Assembly: GCA_965222575.1 (NCBI GenBank)
Contig: OZ244958.1
Location: 992,001 to 1,056,000, forward strand
Source of the DNA: Alphaproteobacteria bacterium
Lineage (GTDB): Bacteria; Pseudomonadota; Alphaproteobacteria; G965222575
Length of the DNA: 64,000 nucleotides
Reading direction: 5' to 3'
Shown here: positions 1 through 9,446 of the stretch, piece after piece
How the letters are laid out: every line of letters begins with the position of its first letter
Position numbering within the stretch: position 1 is the first letter of the stretch
Translations under genes and position numbers: made by a program
Notes under the pieces: model-generated
Seen by the model: the letters and a program-made list of their open reading frames with translations, nothing else
What the model was told of the DNA's origin: nothing
Databases searched by the model: none

Positions 1-74
1 TGCCATGGTCTGTTAGTAAGTCCCGCATTAGCCATAGCTTCTCTAACTACCATCTCCTCTTTCCTCTTTGGCAT
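1..74 (-). CDS. Possible N-terminus of a gene running off the window edge (MPKRKEEMVVREAMANAGLTNRPW...)
   Basis: ATG at 74-72 with an open frame to position 1; too short to assign. Confidence 0.25.
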   Translation of the reverse strand, partial: MPKRKEEMVVREAMANAGLTNRPW

Positions 75-418
75 GCCTCTGGCAACGGGAAGTTTGTTCC
101 TTCAATACCTACCTATTATCTAATAGTATCGGTGTAGCACGAAAAGTCAAAAAAAATTCAGGTAGACTCTAAACAAGGGGTTTTGGTGAGTGTTTAAGAG
201 AGGTATGGAAACGGAAAACCTATACTTAGAGATTGCGTTAGCCCAAGAGGTGCGGGCGCCTGCGCGGATACAGATTACGCCGCGTGCGGGCAAAATAACG
301 GCAAAGAACGGTCGGGTGATGGTGGCATCTTCAAGAAATCATCACCGCGTCACCCAGCACGGGTATAGGGCTTTTCATCACGGCTACCCCTCTCTATCCA
401 AACGGCATAGAGACTTAA

Positions 419-904
419 CTATCGCCTGTTCTTATTAGTCTCAAGATGTCCTGTAGCAATCACTACTACATAAAAAGTTTTTGCTGATTCAATATCAAAA
501 TAGAAAAGTCGTGCCTCATCAGAGAGCTTTATTTCACGCAATTCTGTATCTTTAGACAATCCTTGATAAAGCTTTAGATACTCCCCTTTGCGCGTTATTT
601 TTTTCTTGACTTCTTTGCCAAATATGTCTCCATTGAGGTCACCAGTACTCCTGACTTTAGTTCCTATTATGTTCAACACTACCAGAGCTTTCTTTGCGTC
701 CTGGATTTTGAGGTTCTGCTTGATATCCCATCGGCTATCAGTGTTATATTTAGAGAAGGAAACTCTATACAGGCCCTCTTCATCAAGAAGCTGACTAGTG
801 GTAAGAGACTTGGATAGTCGATTACTAGTATTAGTGTCTGTAAGAGATACTTTTTTATTAAGCTTTTTGTTTTTCGACTTGCGTTTTTTTGAGTTTCTCG
901 CCAT
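419..904 (-). CDS. Candidate toxin of a Panacea-type toxin-antitoxin pair, possibly RelE/ParE-like
   Basis: Overlaps the 3' end of the DUF4065 gene by 47 bp; very basic; the C-terminal pattern ELREIKLSDEARLFYFDIESAKTFYVVVIATGH resembles RelE-superfamily beta strands (inference). Confidence 0.55.
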   Translation of the reverse strand: MARNSKKRKSKNKKLNKKVSLTDTNTSNRLSKSLTTSQLLDEEGLYRVSFSKYNTDSRWDIKQNLKIQDAKKALVVLNIIGTKVRSTGDLNGDIFGKEVKKKITRKGEYLKLYQGLSKDTELREIKLSDEARLFYFDIESAKTFYVVVIATGHLETNKNRR

Positions 905-1352
905 AAAACTCCTTCATTGTCTCATTGGTTATGATAATACCAGAAGGTTCAGTGGCATCCAACCCCTCCCTTGCTTTTTGCCACGGTTTCTCATAATGAG
1001 AAAGAGTCTCAAGGTACTGAGCATCAAAGGAGCCGTAAATGTTCCACACTTCACGAATCAGCTTCTTGCCTTCTTGAGGTATATCGATATCCTTTTCTGC
1101 TACTTCTACTTCAATAGGATTGAAGCCGTGCTTTGCATACTCACGATACAAATTCGCCACCGCAGGACCATGTACCCATGCTTGTATAGGGTCCTCAAAA
1201 AGACTCTTGTCATTAAGCACTAAAGACCACGCTTGCGCATAATAGACAAGCTTCTGAAGTTTTTTATTGGTGAGTCTTTTCCCTTCTTTATGGGCAAGGT
1301 ATATGAAATACTTTGCACAATGAAAAACTTTTCCTTTTCTTTCTTCGCTCAT
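858..1352 (-). CDS. Panacea-domain (DUF4065/SocA/GepA-like) antitoxin
   Basis: Hallmark motifs LTNKKLQKLVYYAQAW, LFEDPIQAWVHGPAV and LETLSHYEKPWQKAR. Confidence 0.88.
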   Translation of the reverse strand: MSEERKGKVFHCAKYFIYLAHKEGKRLTNKKLQKLVYYAQAWSLVLNDKSLFEDPIQAWVHGPAVANLYREYAKHGFNPIEVEVAEKDIDIPQEGKKLIREVWNIYGSFDAQYLETLSHYEKPWQKAREGLDATEPSGIIITNETMKEFYGEKLKKTQVEKQKA

Positions 1353-1672
1353 AGTAACCTCTCATCCATGCAGCTATAAACAATCTTAGATTAAGTATAT
1401 GGCGTAAACAATAAAAATAAAAAAAATATGTATAAACAATAAAGTGAAAAATAGATACCTTATAAGAGGTGCTTATGGAAGCCTTATTACCAGTAGTAAT
1501 ACATGAGATCACCAAATCACTGCCCTTATCCGGACATGGAGGGATATGCCTTTATTTTCTTACAAGGTGGTAAATTCTAAGCGGTACATATACGGTACAC
1601 GAAGGTCTTATTGTCACTTTTACGCATTCCAGAGATTTCTCCTAACTCTCTGTTTTTCATAGAGAAAATCGG

Positions 1673-1745
1673 TGCCGATAGCAGGATTCGAACCTGCGAC
1701 CCCCGCATTACGAATGCGATGCTCTACCAACTGAGCTACATCGGC
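1673..1745 (-). tRNA. tRNA-Thr(CGT)
   Basis: Reverse complement reads GCCGATGTAGCTCAGTTGGTAGAGCATCGCATTCGTAATGCGGGGGTCGCAGGTTCGAATCCTGCTATCGGCA; cloverleaf, anticodon CGT, GTTCGAATC T-loop; followed by CCG rather than CCA. Confidence 0.96.
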
Positions 1746-1748
1746 ATC

Positions 1749-4700
1749 CTAACTACAGCCTGTTGTTGAACCACAGGTTGTACATTTCAAACAGGTGCCA
1801 TTCCTTAACATGGTGAAATTTCCACATTCCTCACACTTATCTCCGCAATAACCCTGTGTTTTCGCTTGATGAATCACCTGTACAAGAGACGGTGATAAAT
1901 CCTTCAAGACCTCCTTGACATCACTACCAGATGGTAACAGCGCCGTTGCCGCCTTCAAAACATTGTCTTCTTGCCTCCCTCCTAACACTACCCTAAGAGG
2001 GCTTCTTGTAAAACCTGTCGAAACAGCAGGATTCACTCTATCTTTAGAATCTACAACACGTCCTAAAGCATCATGACGCAAATCCTCTTTCTCTATGGCT
2101 GTTGATAAATCATGACGACCCAAATAACTCACAGCTAGTTCTCGGAAAATATAATCCAACACACTAGTAGCCATCTTAATCTTGTCATTTCCCGTCACAA
2201 CGCCCGAGGGCTCAAACCTCGTGAAAATAAAAGCGTCTACAAACTCCTCCAACGGTACCCCATACTGAAGACCAATGGAAATGGCTATGGCAAAATTGTT
2301 CATTAAACTTCTAAAGGCCGCTCCCTCCTTATGCATGTCAATAAATACCTCTCCTAGACTCCCATCTTCATATTCTCCAGCATGCAAATACACCTTGTGA
2401 TGGCCTACAGAGGCCTTTTGAATGTAGCCTTTACGCCTGTCAGGAAGACCTAAACGTTGACCCCGCAATGTTCCTCCCCCCCCTATGGCAACGGCAGGGA
2501 CTTTATCCGTACGACTGGATGAGAAAAATGTTGCATCTTCCTCCTCTTCCAGAAGAACAGATGCTAAAGGCTGTGAGAGTTTAGAACTGTCTCTGTATAA
2601 AGCATTAGCCTTTAATCCAAGCTTCCATGACAAAAAGTACGCCTTGGAGCATTCCTCAATAGAGGCAGAGTAAGGCATATTGATGGTCTTGGAGATGGCC
2701 CCGCTGATAAAAGGCTGAGCTGCCGCTACCATGCGAATGTGACTCTCTGTAGACAGAAAACGCTTCCCCTTGCGCCCACAAGGATTCGCACAATCAAAAA
2801 CCTTCAAGTCTCTTTCCTTGAGATGAGGGGCTCCCTCTAAAGTCATTGCCCCACAGGTATAAATGTTAGCAGCCTCAATCTCTTCTTTTGAAAATCCTAA
2901 GGCTTTCAGAAGACAAAAGTCTTTTTTGTATAAATCCGAAGCCTTAAGCCCTAGCGTTTCTACACAAAATTTTTCTCCTAATTTGTGGACTGTGAACACA
3001 AAGCGAATATCAAAAGCCTCTTTGAGTTGGCTTTCTACCGCTTCTAAAGAGGCTTTATGGAATCCCTTGTCTTGTAGTGCTAAGTGATCTATAGCAGGTG
3101 ACTGCTTCAAAGTCCCATGACCTGTGCCATACAGACAAATTTCCTCTCTTTGCTTTTGAGAATATCCCAACACGTTCAGTGCTTCTCTTACGGAAGAGTT
3201 GATAATTTTGAAATAGCCTCCTCCTGCTAGCTTTTTGAACTTTACCATTGCAAAGTCTGGTTCAATGCCTGTTGTTGCGCAATCCATGAGCAAGCCAATA
3301 GTCCCCGTTGGTGCAATCACGGAAACTTGAGCATTCCTGTACCCATGAGCTTTACCGGTTTTTAGCGCTTCTTGCCACGCTGTCTTTGCCGCCTTGACAA
3401 TGTCTTGAAACATATCCTGAGGGACAAGAACAGGGAGAACGTCTAACCCTTCATAGCCCTCTTCTTTGCCTTCAATAGCCCTAAGATGATTGCGAAGAAC
3501 CCGTAGCATAGGAGATTTATTGCTTGCAAATCCCGGGAAAGCCCCAATTTCTTTGGCTATCTGCGCCGAGGTGTTATAAGCAACCCCTGACATAAGAGCT
3601 GTTATTGCGCCGCATAAGGCTCTTGCTTCCTCAGAATCATACCCTAAGGCCTGTTCCATTACTAAGGCTCCAATGTTAGCATACCCTATGCCGAGTGTTC
3701 GAAATTTGTAAGATAATTCTGCAATCTTTTGAGAAGGGAACTGCGCCATGGCTACAGAAATTTCAAGGGCAATTGTCCAAAAAATTGTCGCATGGGAAAA
3801 GGCCTCAGTATCAAAAAGCGTCTCCCCCTTGCCCTTGAACTTCAAGAGATTCAAAGACGCTAGATTACAGGCGGTATCATCTAAAAACATGTACTCAGAG
3901 CAAGGATTAGACGCATTAATCCTGCCGCTGTTAGAACAAGTATGCCACTGGTTAATTGTGGTATCGAATTGTACCCCCGGGTCAGCGCAGCTCCAAGCAG
4001 ACTGGCACATAGCATCCCAAATGTCTCGTGCTGGTAAAACAAGGGCAATCGTGTTGTCCGTCCTGTTGAGTAAAAACCAGTTGCTACCGGTTTCTACCGC
4101 CTTGAGAAACTCATTTGTTACCCGTATGGAATTATTGGAGTTTTGACCCGATACAGTGTAATAGGCTTCATCATCCCACTCAGCGTTAAATACAGGGAAT
4201 TCTATCTGTTTTATCCCCTGTTTTCGGAGTTCTATGACCCGTTTGATGTAGTTTTCTGGAATCATGGCGGCTTTCGCTTCCCGTATGGCGTTTTTGAGCG
4301 CTGTATTGTACGCTGGGTCAAAACAGTTTTCTCCCGTGCAAGCGCTCATGATAGCGTTGAGGTGTTGCTGACACAGCTTAGAGCCTGCGACTAAAGAGGC
4401 GACCTTTTGCTCCTCTTTGGTTTTCCAGCCGATAAATTCCATGATATCAGGATGATCTACGTCTACAATGACCATTTTTGCCGCGCGACGGGTGGTGCCA
4501 CCGGACTTGATAGCCCCTGCTGCTCTATCTCCTATTTTCAGAAAACTCATCATGCCAGAAGAGGCGCCTCCTCCTGAGAGAACCTCCCCTTTGCCCCGTA
4601 ACTTGGAAAAATTTGTGCCTGTTCCAGAGCCATATTTGAAAATCCGCGCTTCTCTCGTCCATAAATCCATAATACCGCCCTCGTTCACCAGATCATCGTC

Positions 4701-5312
4701 TATGGACTGAATGAAACAGGCATGAGGCTGAGGGCGCTCATAGGCATTAGAAGAGACCTTGATGCGCTCTGTTTTCGGGTCTACATAATAATGTCCTTGC
4801 GCTTTGCCTGTTATGTTGTAGGCCCAATGAAGACCTGTATTAAACCACTGAGGAGAGTTTGGAGCTGCTATTTGGTGTGCTAGCATGTAACGCATCTCAT
4901 CGTAAAAGATGCGGGCGTCTTCCTCTGTATCAAACAGGTGACTCTTCCAGCCCCAATAGGCCCATGTCCCACACAAACGATGAAACACTTGCTTAGCACT
5001 TGTTTCACTTCTGTAACGTTCCTCCGGTGGAAGTAAAGATAACGCCTTCTCGTCGGCTTCTTGACGATACAAAAAAGCGGGAACGCCTTTTTCCTTCACA
5101 GGCTTTAATACTGAGGGAATGCCGGCTTTGCGAAAGTATTTTTGGGCTAAAATATCCGTAGCAACCGTGGACCAGAAAGAGGGTACTTCCACATTGTCCA
5201 TACAAAACACAATTGTGCCGTTAGGGTTTTGTATTTTTGAACAGACCTTGACAAAAGAGATAGTCCCATAAGCATCTCTCCCAGCAGTGGTGTAGTAACG
5301 ATGCATCTTCAT
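1749..5312 (-). CDS. nrdJ: Class II (adenosylcobalamin-dependent) ribonucleotide reductase, long form with C-terminal TSCPD-like and Cys4 region
   Basis: Motifs [38 protein letters not shown] and ISKTINMP; C-terminal CEECG...[11 protein letters not shown]. Confidence 0.95.
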   Translation of the reverse strand: MKMHRYYTTAGRDAYGTISFVKVCSKIQNPNGTIVFCMDNVEVPSFWSTVATDILAQKYFRKAGIPSVLKPVKEKGVPAFLYRQEADEKALSLLPPEERYRSETSAKQVFHRLCGTWAYWGWKSHLFDTEEDARIFYDEMRYMLAHQIAAPNSPQWFNTGLHWAYNITGKAQGHYYVDPKTERIKVSSNAYERPQPHACFIQSIDDDLVNEGGIMDLWTREARIFKYGSGTGTNFSKLRGKGEVLSGGGASSGMMSFLKIGDRAAGAIKSGGTTRRAAKMVIVDVDHPDIMEFIGWKTKEEQKVASLVAGSKLCQQHLNAIMSACTGENCFDPAYNTALKNAIREAKAAMIPENYIKRVIELRKQGIKQIEFPVFNAEWDDEAYYTVSGQNSNNSIRVTNEFLKAVETGSNWFLLNRTDNTIALVLPARDIWDAMCQSAWSCADPGVQFDTTINQWHTCSNSGRINASNPCSEYMFLDDTACNLASLNLLKFKGKGETLFDTEAFSHATIFWTIALEISVAMAQFPSQKIAELSYKFRTLGIGYANIGALVMEQALGYDSEEARALCGAITALMSGVAYNTSAQIAKEIGAFPGFASNKSPMLRVLRNHLRAIEGKEEGYEGLDVLPVLVPQDMFQDIVKAAKTAWQEALKTGKAHGYRNAQVSVIAPTGTIGLLMDCATTGIEPDFAMVKFKKLAGGGYFKIINSSVREALNVLGYSQKQREEICLYGTGHGTLKQSPAIDHLALQDKGFHKASLEAVESQLKEAFDIRFVFTVHKLGEKFCVETLGLKASDLYKKDFCLLKALGFSKEEIEAANIYTCGAMTLEGAPHLKERDLKVFDCANPCGRKGKRFLSTESHIRMVAAAQPFISGAISKTINMPYSASIEECSKAYFLSWKLGLKANALYRDSSKLSQPLASVLLEEEEDATFFSSSRTDKVPAVAIGGGGTLRGQRLGLPDRRKGYIQKASVGHHKVYLHAGEYEDGSLGEVFIDMHKEGAAFRSLMNNFAIAISIGLQYGVPLEEFVDAFIFTRFEPSGVVTGNDKIKMATSVLDYIFRELAVSYLGRHDLSTAIEKEDLRHDALGRVVDSKDRVNPAVSTGFTRSPLRVVLGGRQEDNVLKAATALLPSGSDVKEVLKDLSPSLVQVIHQAKTQGYCGDKCEECGNFTMLRNGTCLKCTTCGSTTGCS

Positions 5313-5665
5313 AGCGAATCTCTTAAGTATTAGGGATTTCTGTGAATTTTCTTAGGGGGTATTACTTACTATACGACCCTCCTAGAGGAGAAGGAAAGCT
5401 TTTTTTTCAAAACCCTTCATCCCCTATAGAAACGGGATTTTCTCTTGCAGAAAAGAGGGATTACCCCTTGTTGGAGACAGGGAGAGGAAGGCATGGGAAT
5501 CCTGCCTATTCTCTGGTTTTTTCCCCTTAGCTTCTCTGTGAGAAATCAGGAGGTCTTTTGTGTGATTCTCTCTGTCATTATCAAGGGAAAAAGGCGCAAT
5601 CTTTTTTTTATCTCTTCTTGTTAGGGTTGGTGTGTGGGATTTTTTGTGAAAGGACGGGATTGAGC

Positions 5666-7594
5666 ATGCAGGTGAAATTTTTTTGTAAGCTGTGGTTTTT
5701 GTGCATAGGAATAGGGATTTTGGGGAAAGCTTTTGCCTATGGAGGCAGTGGCTCCATAGTGTTGAAAGTGGGGAATTATGAGTCTGTTATGATTGGAGAC
5801 CAACTGGTTGTCCCCCAAGAAGAGGATGATTTTTTGATTATTGAGGAGGTATCCCCTAAGAAGCGCTCGTCTTGGGCAAAAGATATCTTTGGGAATTTAG
5901 GGACCAATGTTGCTGGAGGTGTGGGCGGGAATCGTCGTATTTTCTCCGGTATTGTAGGCTTGGATAAAACAATTGGGCGTCTCCGCTTGTATGTGAGTGG
6001 AGGAATCATTTCCCATTATCAAAAGCAAAAGCAAAAGTTAGTGGGTGATATTAAGGAAAGGTTAGAAGAGGAGAAAAACGCTAGTGGGAGTGGAGGTGAG
6101 GATATGGATATGGGGGGGACTATGCCGATAGAGGGGGAGGCGGAGCTCTCTGAAGAGGAGAAAAACGCTAGTGAGAGTGGAGGTGAGGATATGGGGGGGA
6201 CTATGCGGATAGAGGAGGAGGAGGAGCTCTCTGAAGAGCGGGTGATTGACACTAAGGGGACAGAACTCACTCTTGATGAAGCCTATGGACAGTTGTCTAT
6301 TGGGGAAAAACTCTTGTTGCGTATTGGAAGACAACGCATTGTTTTAGGACAGTTTTTAGTATTTTCTCCTGTGAATTTTTTTGTTCTCCCTGCTAGAATG
6401 AGCGGAACGAGTATCTCCCATGAAAAAGTCAATTTCCGATATCCCCAGGATGGGATTTCTTTTGCCTTCTTTCCAACAGAGAAGATGGAAATACAAGGCT
6501 ATCTTTTTCGTCCCCGATATGATGAGCTGGTTCAAAAAGCCATAGAGATGAACTTGGTAGGATATGGTCTTGTGAAAACTGCAGATGGGATCCCTAAATT
6601 GGCCAATGAAGATAGATCCTTTATCAATGGACAAACCCCCTATGAACTCAAAGCTAGCAGTGTTTATGCACGAGGAGCAAGGGTCTTATTATACCATCAA
6701 GGCATGACATTAGGGGCTACGATATTCAAGGGCGTTGATGGGTATACAACGCACTCTAATGCGACCTTGAAGATAGCCCCTTTTACATCAACAACTGAGG
6801 ATGGGATCAATCTTTCTCTCACGGAAAAGGAGAAAAAGGGAGACGATGTACTCTATCTTCATTCGCCTGCGTTGGATAACGCTACCATGTCCCATAATGC
6901 AGGGATAGGCGTGGAGTTTTCCTATCAAAAAGGGAAGTGGGTACTCATTGGTGAGTACACACGCATTTATATGAATTTGGATTTTTATCTGGGTGACCAC
7001 TTTTATGATGAACCTGTTTCGGAGGATGACCTTAAGGCTTTTATCGAGTCTCCTCGAACACCAGATGATACGCCAGAAGGGCAGGACCTAGCACAACAAG
7101 CACTGTATCATTGGATTAAAAATAGCAATGATAAGAAGATGTATCTTGAGACAAAGGTTGACGCCATAGCCGTTGGTATTGAGTATCACGGTAAAAGGCT
7201 TAGTCTGTCGGCTGGTGTTGGCTGGTTGCTTGCAGTGAAGGGGAAAAGTCAAGACGATAAAAAAGGGTATACTTTGGCGAAATATGCCGGCTTTGTGAAC
7301 AGTGAGGAGGACGATGCTGTGTTGATTGTTCCGGCTGTTGCTGTCTTATATAATGCCAATGCTTCAGGCACGGTGAAGATTGGGGGGGCTTTTGGGATTG
7401 TAGGTCTTGGGACGGGGGTTGGGTTGACGGCTCAATTTCAGTTTCAGGAGCGCCTGCAGCTTGCTATTAATTGGCATAAAGGGGACAATATGGCTGGTTT
7501 TTTCTTGGAAAAAAGCAACTCTAAGGGAGGAAAGTATGAAAGAGCTGAAGAAGAGAGCAACATGTTTTCCTTAGTTGCTGTGTGGAAGTTTTAA
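5666..7594 (+). CDS. Outer-membrane beta-barrel protein, paralogue A
   Basis: Signal peptide from ATG 5666; LDEAYGQ...LRIGRQRIVLGQ motif typical of porin/DUF1302-like barrels; C-terminal aromatic residue (VWKF); the ORF track start at 5558 is probably too long. Confidence 0.7.
   Translation: MQVKFFCKLWFLCIGIGILGKAFAYGGSGSIVLKVGNYESVMIGDQLVVPQEEDDFLIIEEVSPKKRSSWAKDIFGNLGTNVAGGVGGNRRIFSGIVGLDKTIGRLRLYVSGGIISHYQKQKQKLVGDIKERLEEEKNASGSGGEDMDMGGTMPIEGEAELSEEEKNASESGGEDMGGTMRIEEEEELSEERVIDTKGTELTLDEAYGQLSIGEKLLLRIGRQRIVLGQFLVFSPVNFFVLPARMSGTSISHEKVNFRYPQDGISFAFFPTEKMEIQGYLFRPRYDELVQKAIEMNLVGYGLVKTADGIPKLANEDRSFINGQTPYELKASSVYARGARVLLYHQGMTLGATIFKGVDGYTTHSNATLKIAPFTSTTEDGINLSLTEKEKKGDDVLYLHSPALDNATMSHNAGIGVEFSYQKGKWVLIGEYTRIYMNLDFYLGDHFYDEPVSEDDLKAFIESPRTPDDTPEGQDLAQQALYHWIKNSNDKKMYLETKVDAIAVGIEYHGKRLSLSAGVGWLLAVKGKSQDDKKGYTLAKYAGFVNSEEDDAVLIVPAVAVLYNANASGTVKIGGAFGIVGLGTGVGLTAQFQFQERLQLAINWHKGDNMAGFFLEKSNSKGGKYERAEEESNMFSLVAVWKF
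6065..6238 (+). repeat. In-frame tandem duplication (87 bp + 81 bp) encoding an acidic loop
   Basis: EEEKNASGSGGEDMDMGGTMPIEGEAELS followed by EEEKNASESGGEDMGGTMRIEEEEELS. Confidence 0.9.
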
Positions 7595-7738
7595 GCCTTA
7601 TGGTGTGAGGCGTACACTTGTTGTGCGTGTGGTCACTATCTCTATATATATATTTTTAGACATATGCCTCAAAATGGTTTAGAGTTTTCTTGTCATTATT
7701 TGTAAGGGTGTTTTTTTCAACTAGAGGCAAGGAGGAAT

Positions 7739-9391
7739 GTGATGCACAGAGTGATGCGTGTAGGGATGTCCTTCCTGTTTATGTTTAGTAGTAGCGTTTT
7801 TGCTTTACCCAATAGCTCCATTGTTTTAGGAGCATTGGAGACGGATTTTTTGACGACTGATGTGCAACTGCAGGAGGATTTTGTTATTGAGGAGAGTGTG
7901 TCGTCTAAGCCTTCGGCTTGGTCCAAGTATTTTTTTGGCAATATGGGCACGTATTTATCTAAAGGGCAGACCAGCAGTCGCTATGCGGTGTCTGGTGTTT
8001 TAGGAGTTGATAGAACAATAAACAAGATGCGCTTGTATTTGAGTGGCACCTTTGTAGCTATGAAGCAGGGGGTGAAACAAAAAAGAAGAGAAAATCGTAA
8101 AGGAGTTGCTGTAGCGGCAGAGGCGAGTCGTGACCTAGAGGGGTATACCATCACTATTGAAGGGGATGAAAGAACGATTGAATTTCAGGGGAAGAGTGTT
8201 GACTTAGATGAGGCCTATGGACAGTTTCCCCTTGGCGAAAAAGGGCTCTTGCGTTTAGGGCGGCAAAGGATTGTTATGGGGCAGTTTTTGCTTTTTTCTC
8301 CCATCAACTTTTTTATTCTGCCTGCTAAAGTGAGTGGGACGGGAATCTCGAGGGAAAAGATTCACTTCCGTTATCCTCAAGATGGGGTCTCCATGTTCTT
8401 TTTCCCCAGTGATAAAATAGAGATACAAGGCTACGTATTTCGTCTGAGGTATGACGAGTTGGTACAACAAGCTTTCCATTCTAATCTGTTTGTCTCTGGT
8501 CTGGTAAAGAAGGACGATGGCTCCTATGAATATGGAGCTAAACCCTACGAGCTTAAGACCAGTGGGGTTTATGGCAAAGGCATGAGGGTATTGTTTTACC
8601 AAAATAACTTGACCTTCGGGGCTATTGCCTTCAAAGGAGTCGATGGGTTTACAACGAACTTGAATTCTACCTTGAGCAAAACAAAGGTCACGGGGGCGAC
8701 TGCGTCGACTGCGTATCTTCAAAAGCTGGAGGCTTCTATGGCGTTTAATACGGGGGTTGGGGTTGAGGTGAAATACCAAAGAGGGAAGTGGACTCTGATA
8801 GGGGAATACGCCCGTATTTATCGTGATTCCAGCTTTTATCCTCATGAGTACAAAATCCTAGATGCTGGTGATTTAGAGTTGGCTGCTAAAATCAAACTTT
8901 ATGAGTGGGTTGCGGAGAAAAATGAGAATAAGATGTCCATCAAGTCCAAACTTGATATCATTGCCATTGGCGTGGAGTATTTCGGAGAGCGCTTAAGACT
9001 ATCGGCTGGTGTTGGTTGGTTGCTTTTACAGAGAGGAAGAACGCAGAAAGATAAAGAGGGATACGAGTTAGCAAAGGATGCGGACTTTATCACTGATTAT
9101 GAAAAAGATAATACGCAAATAGTCCCGGGAATTGTGGCTCTTTATACGCTCAATGATGCTGAGACTCTTAAGATTGGAGGTTTTGGTGGAGTTGTAGGGA
9201 GTGGGTTAGGGGTTGGTGTGTCGCTTCAGTTTTTGTATCAAGAGCGTTTTCATGTTGCCTTTAGTTGGATGAGGGCACGTCAGGCTTCTGAGTTTTTTTT
9301 GGAGGAGATTCTTCACAATCAAGGGAGGCAATTCAAAAGAACTTCTACTATGGATAACACAATTGCTTTGGTTGCTGTGCTACGGTATTAG
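7739..9391 (+). CDS. Outer-membrane beta-barrel protein, paralogue B
   Basis: Collinear with paralogue A (DEAYGQ, GRQRIV, FRYPQDG, YDELVQ, RLSAGVGWLL); signal peptide; C-terminal Y. Confidence 0.72.
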   Translation: MMHRVMRVGMSFLFMFSSSVFALPNSSIVLGALETDFLTTDVQLQEDFVIEESVSSKPSAWSKYFFGNMGTYLSKGQTSSRYAVSGVLGVDRTINKMRLYLSGTFVAMKQGVKQKRRENRKGVAVAAEASRDLEGYTITIEGDERTIEFQGKSVDLDEAYGQFPLGEKGLLRLGRQRIVMGQFLLFSPINFFILPAKVSGTGISREKIHFRYPQDGVSMFFFPSDKIEIQGYVFRLRYDELVQQAFHSNLFVSGLVKKDDGSYEYGAKPYELKTSGVYGKGMRVLFYQNNLTFGAIAFKGVDGFTTNLNSTLSKTKVTGATASTAYLQKLEASMAFNTGVGVEVKYQRGKWTLIGEYARIYRDSSFYPHEYKILDAGDLELAAKIKLYEWVAEKNENKMSIKSKLDIIAIGVEYFGERLRLSAGVGWLLLQRGRTQKDKEGYELAKDADFITDYEKDNTQIVPGIVALYTLNDAETLKIGGFGGVVGSGLGVGVSLQFLYQERFHVAFSWMRARQASEFFLEEILHNQGRQFKRTSTMDNTIALVAVLRY

Positions 9392-9446
9392 GGGGTTCCA
9401 TTTGATGACAAAATTCTTCGGGGCTTTTTTCATTTAATGATTAGGC

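Larger units (their letters stand above)
1..1670. mobile_element. Possible edge of a tRNA-linked genomic island
   Basis: TA module directly downstream of the tRNA-Thr 3' end with an AT-rich spacer; no integrase or att repeat visible in the window. Confidence 0.3.

Noticed and set aside
190-438. 82 aa ORF and GC-rich dyads (GGTGATG...CATCACC) downstream of the candidate toxin
   Set aside because: No recognisable protein motif and only short stems; neither a gene nor an ncRNA can be supported
5313-5560. Cobalamin riboswitch or NrdR boxes upstream of nrdJ; hairpin AGGCA-TGGGAATCC-TGCCT near 5489-5507
   Set aside because: No B12-box or convincing NrdR consensus found by eye; the hairpin alone is not diagnostic
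7643-7653. (TA)5 dinucleotide run between the two barrel genes as a phase-variable promoter element
   Set aside because: Too short, and not clearly located between -35 and -10 boxes
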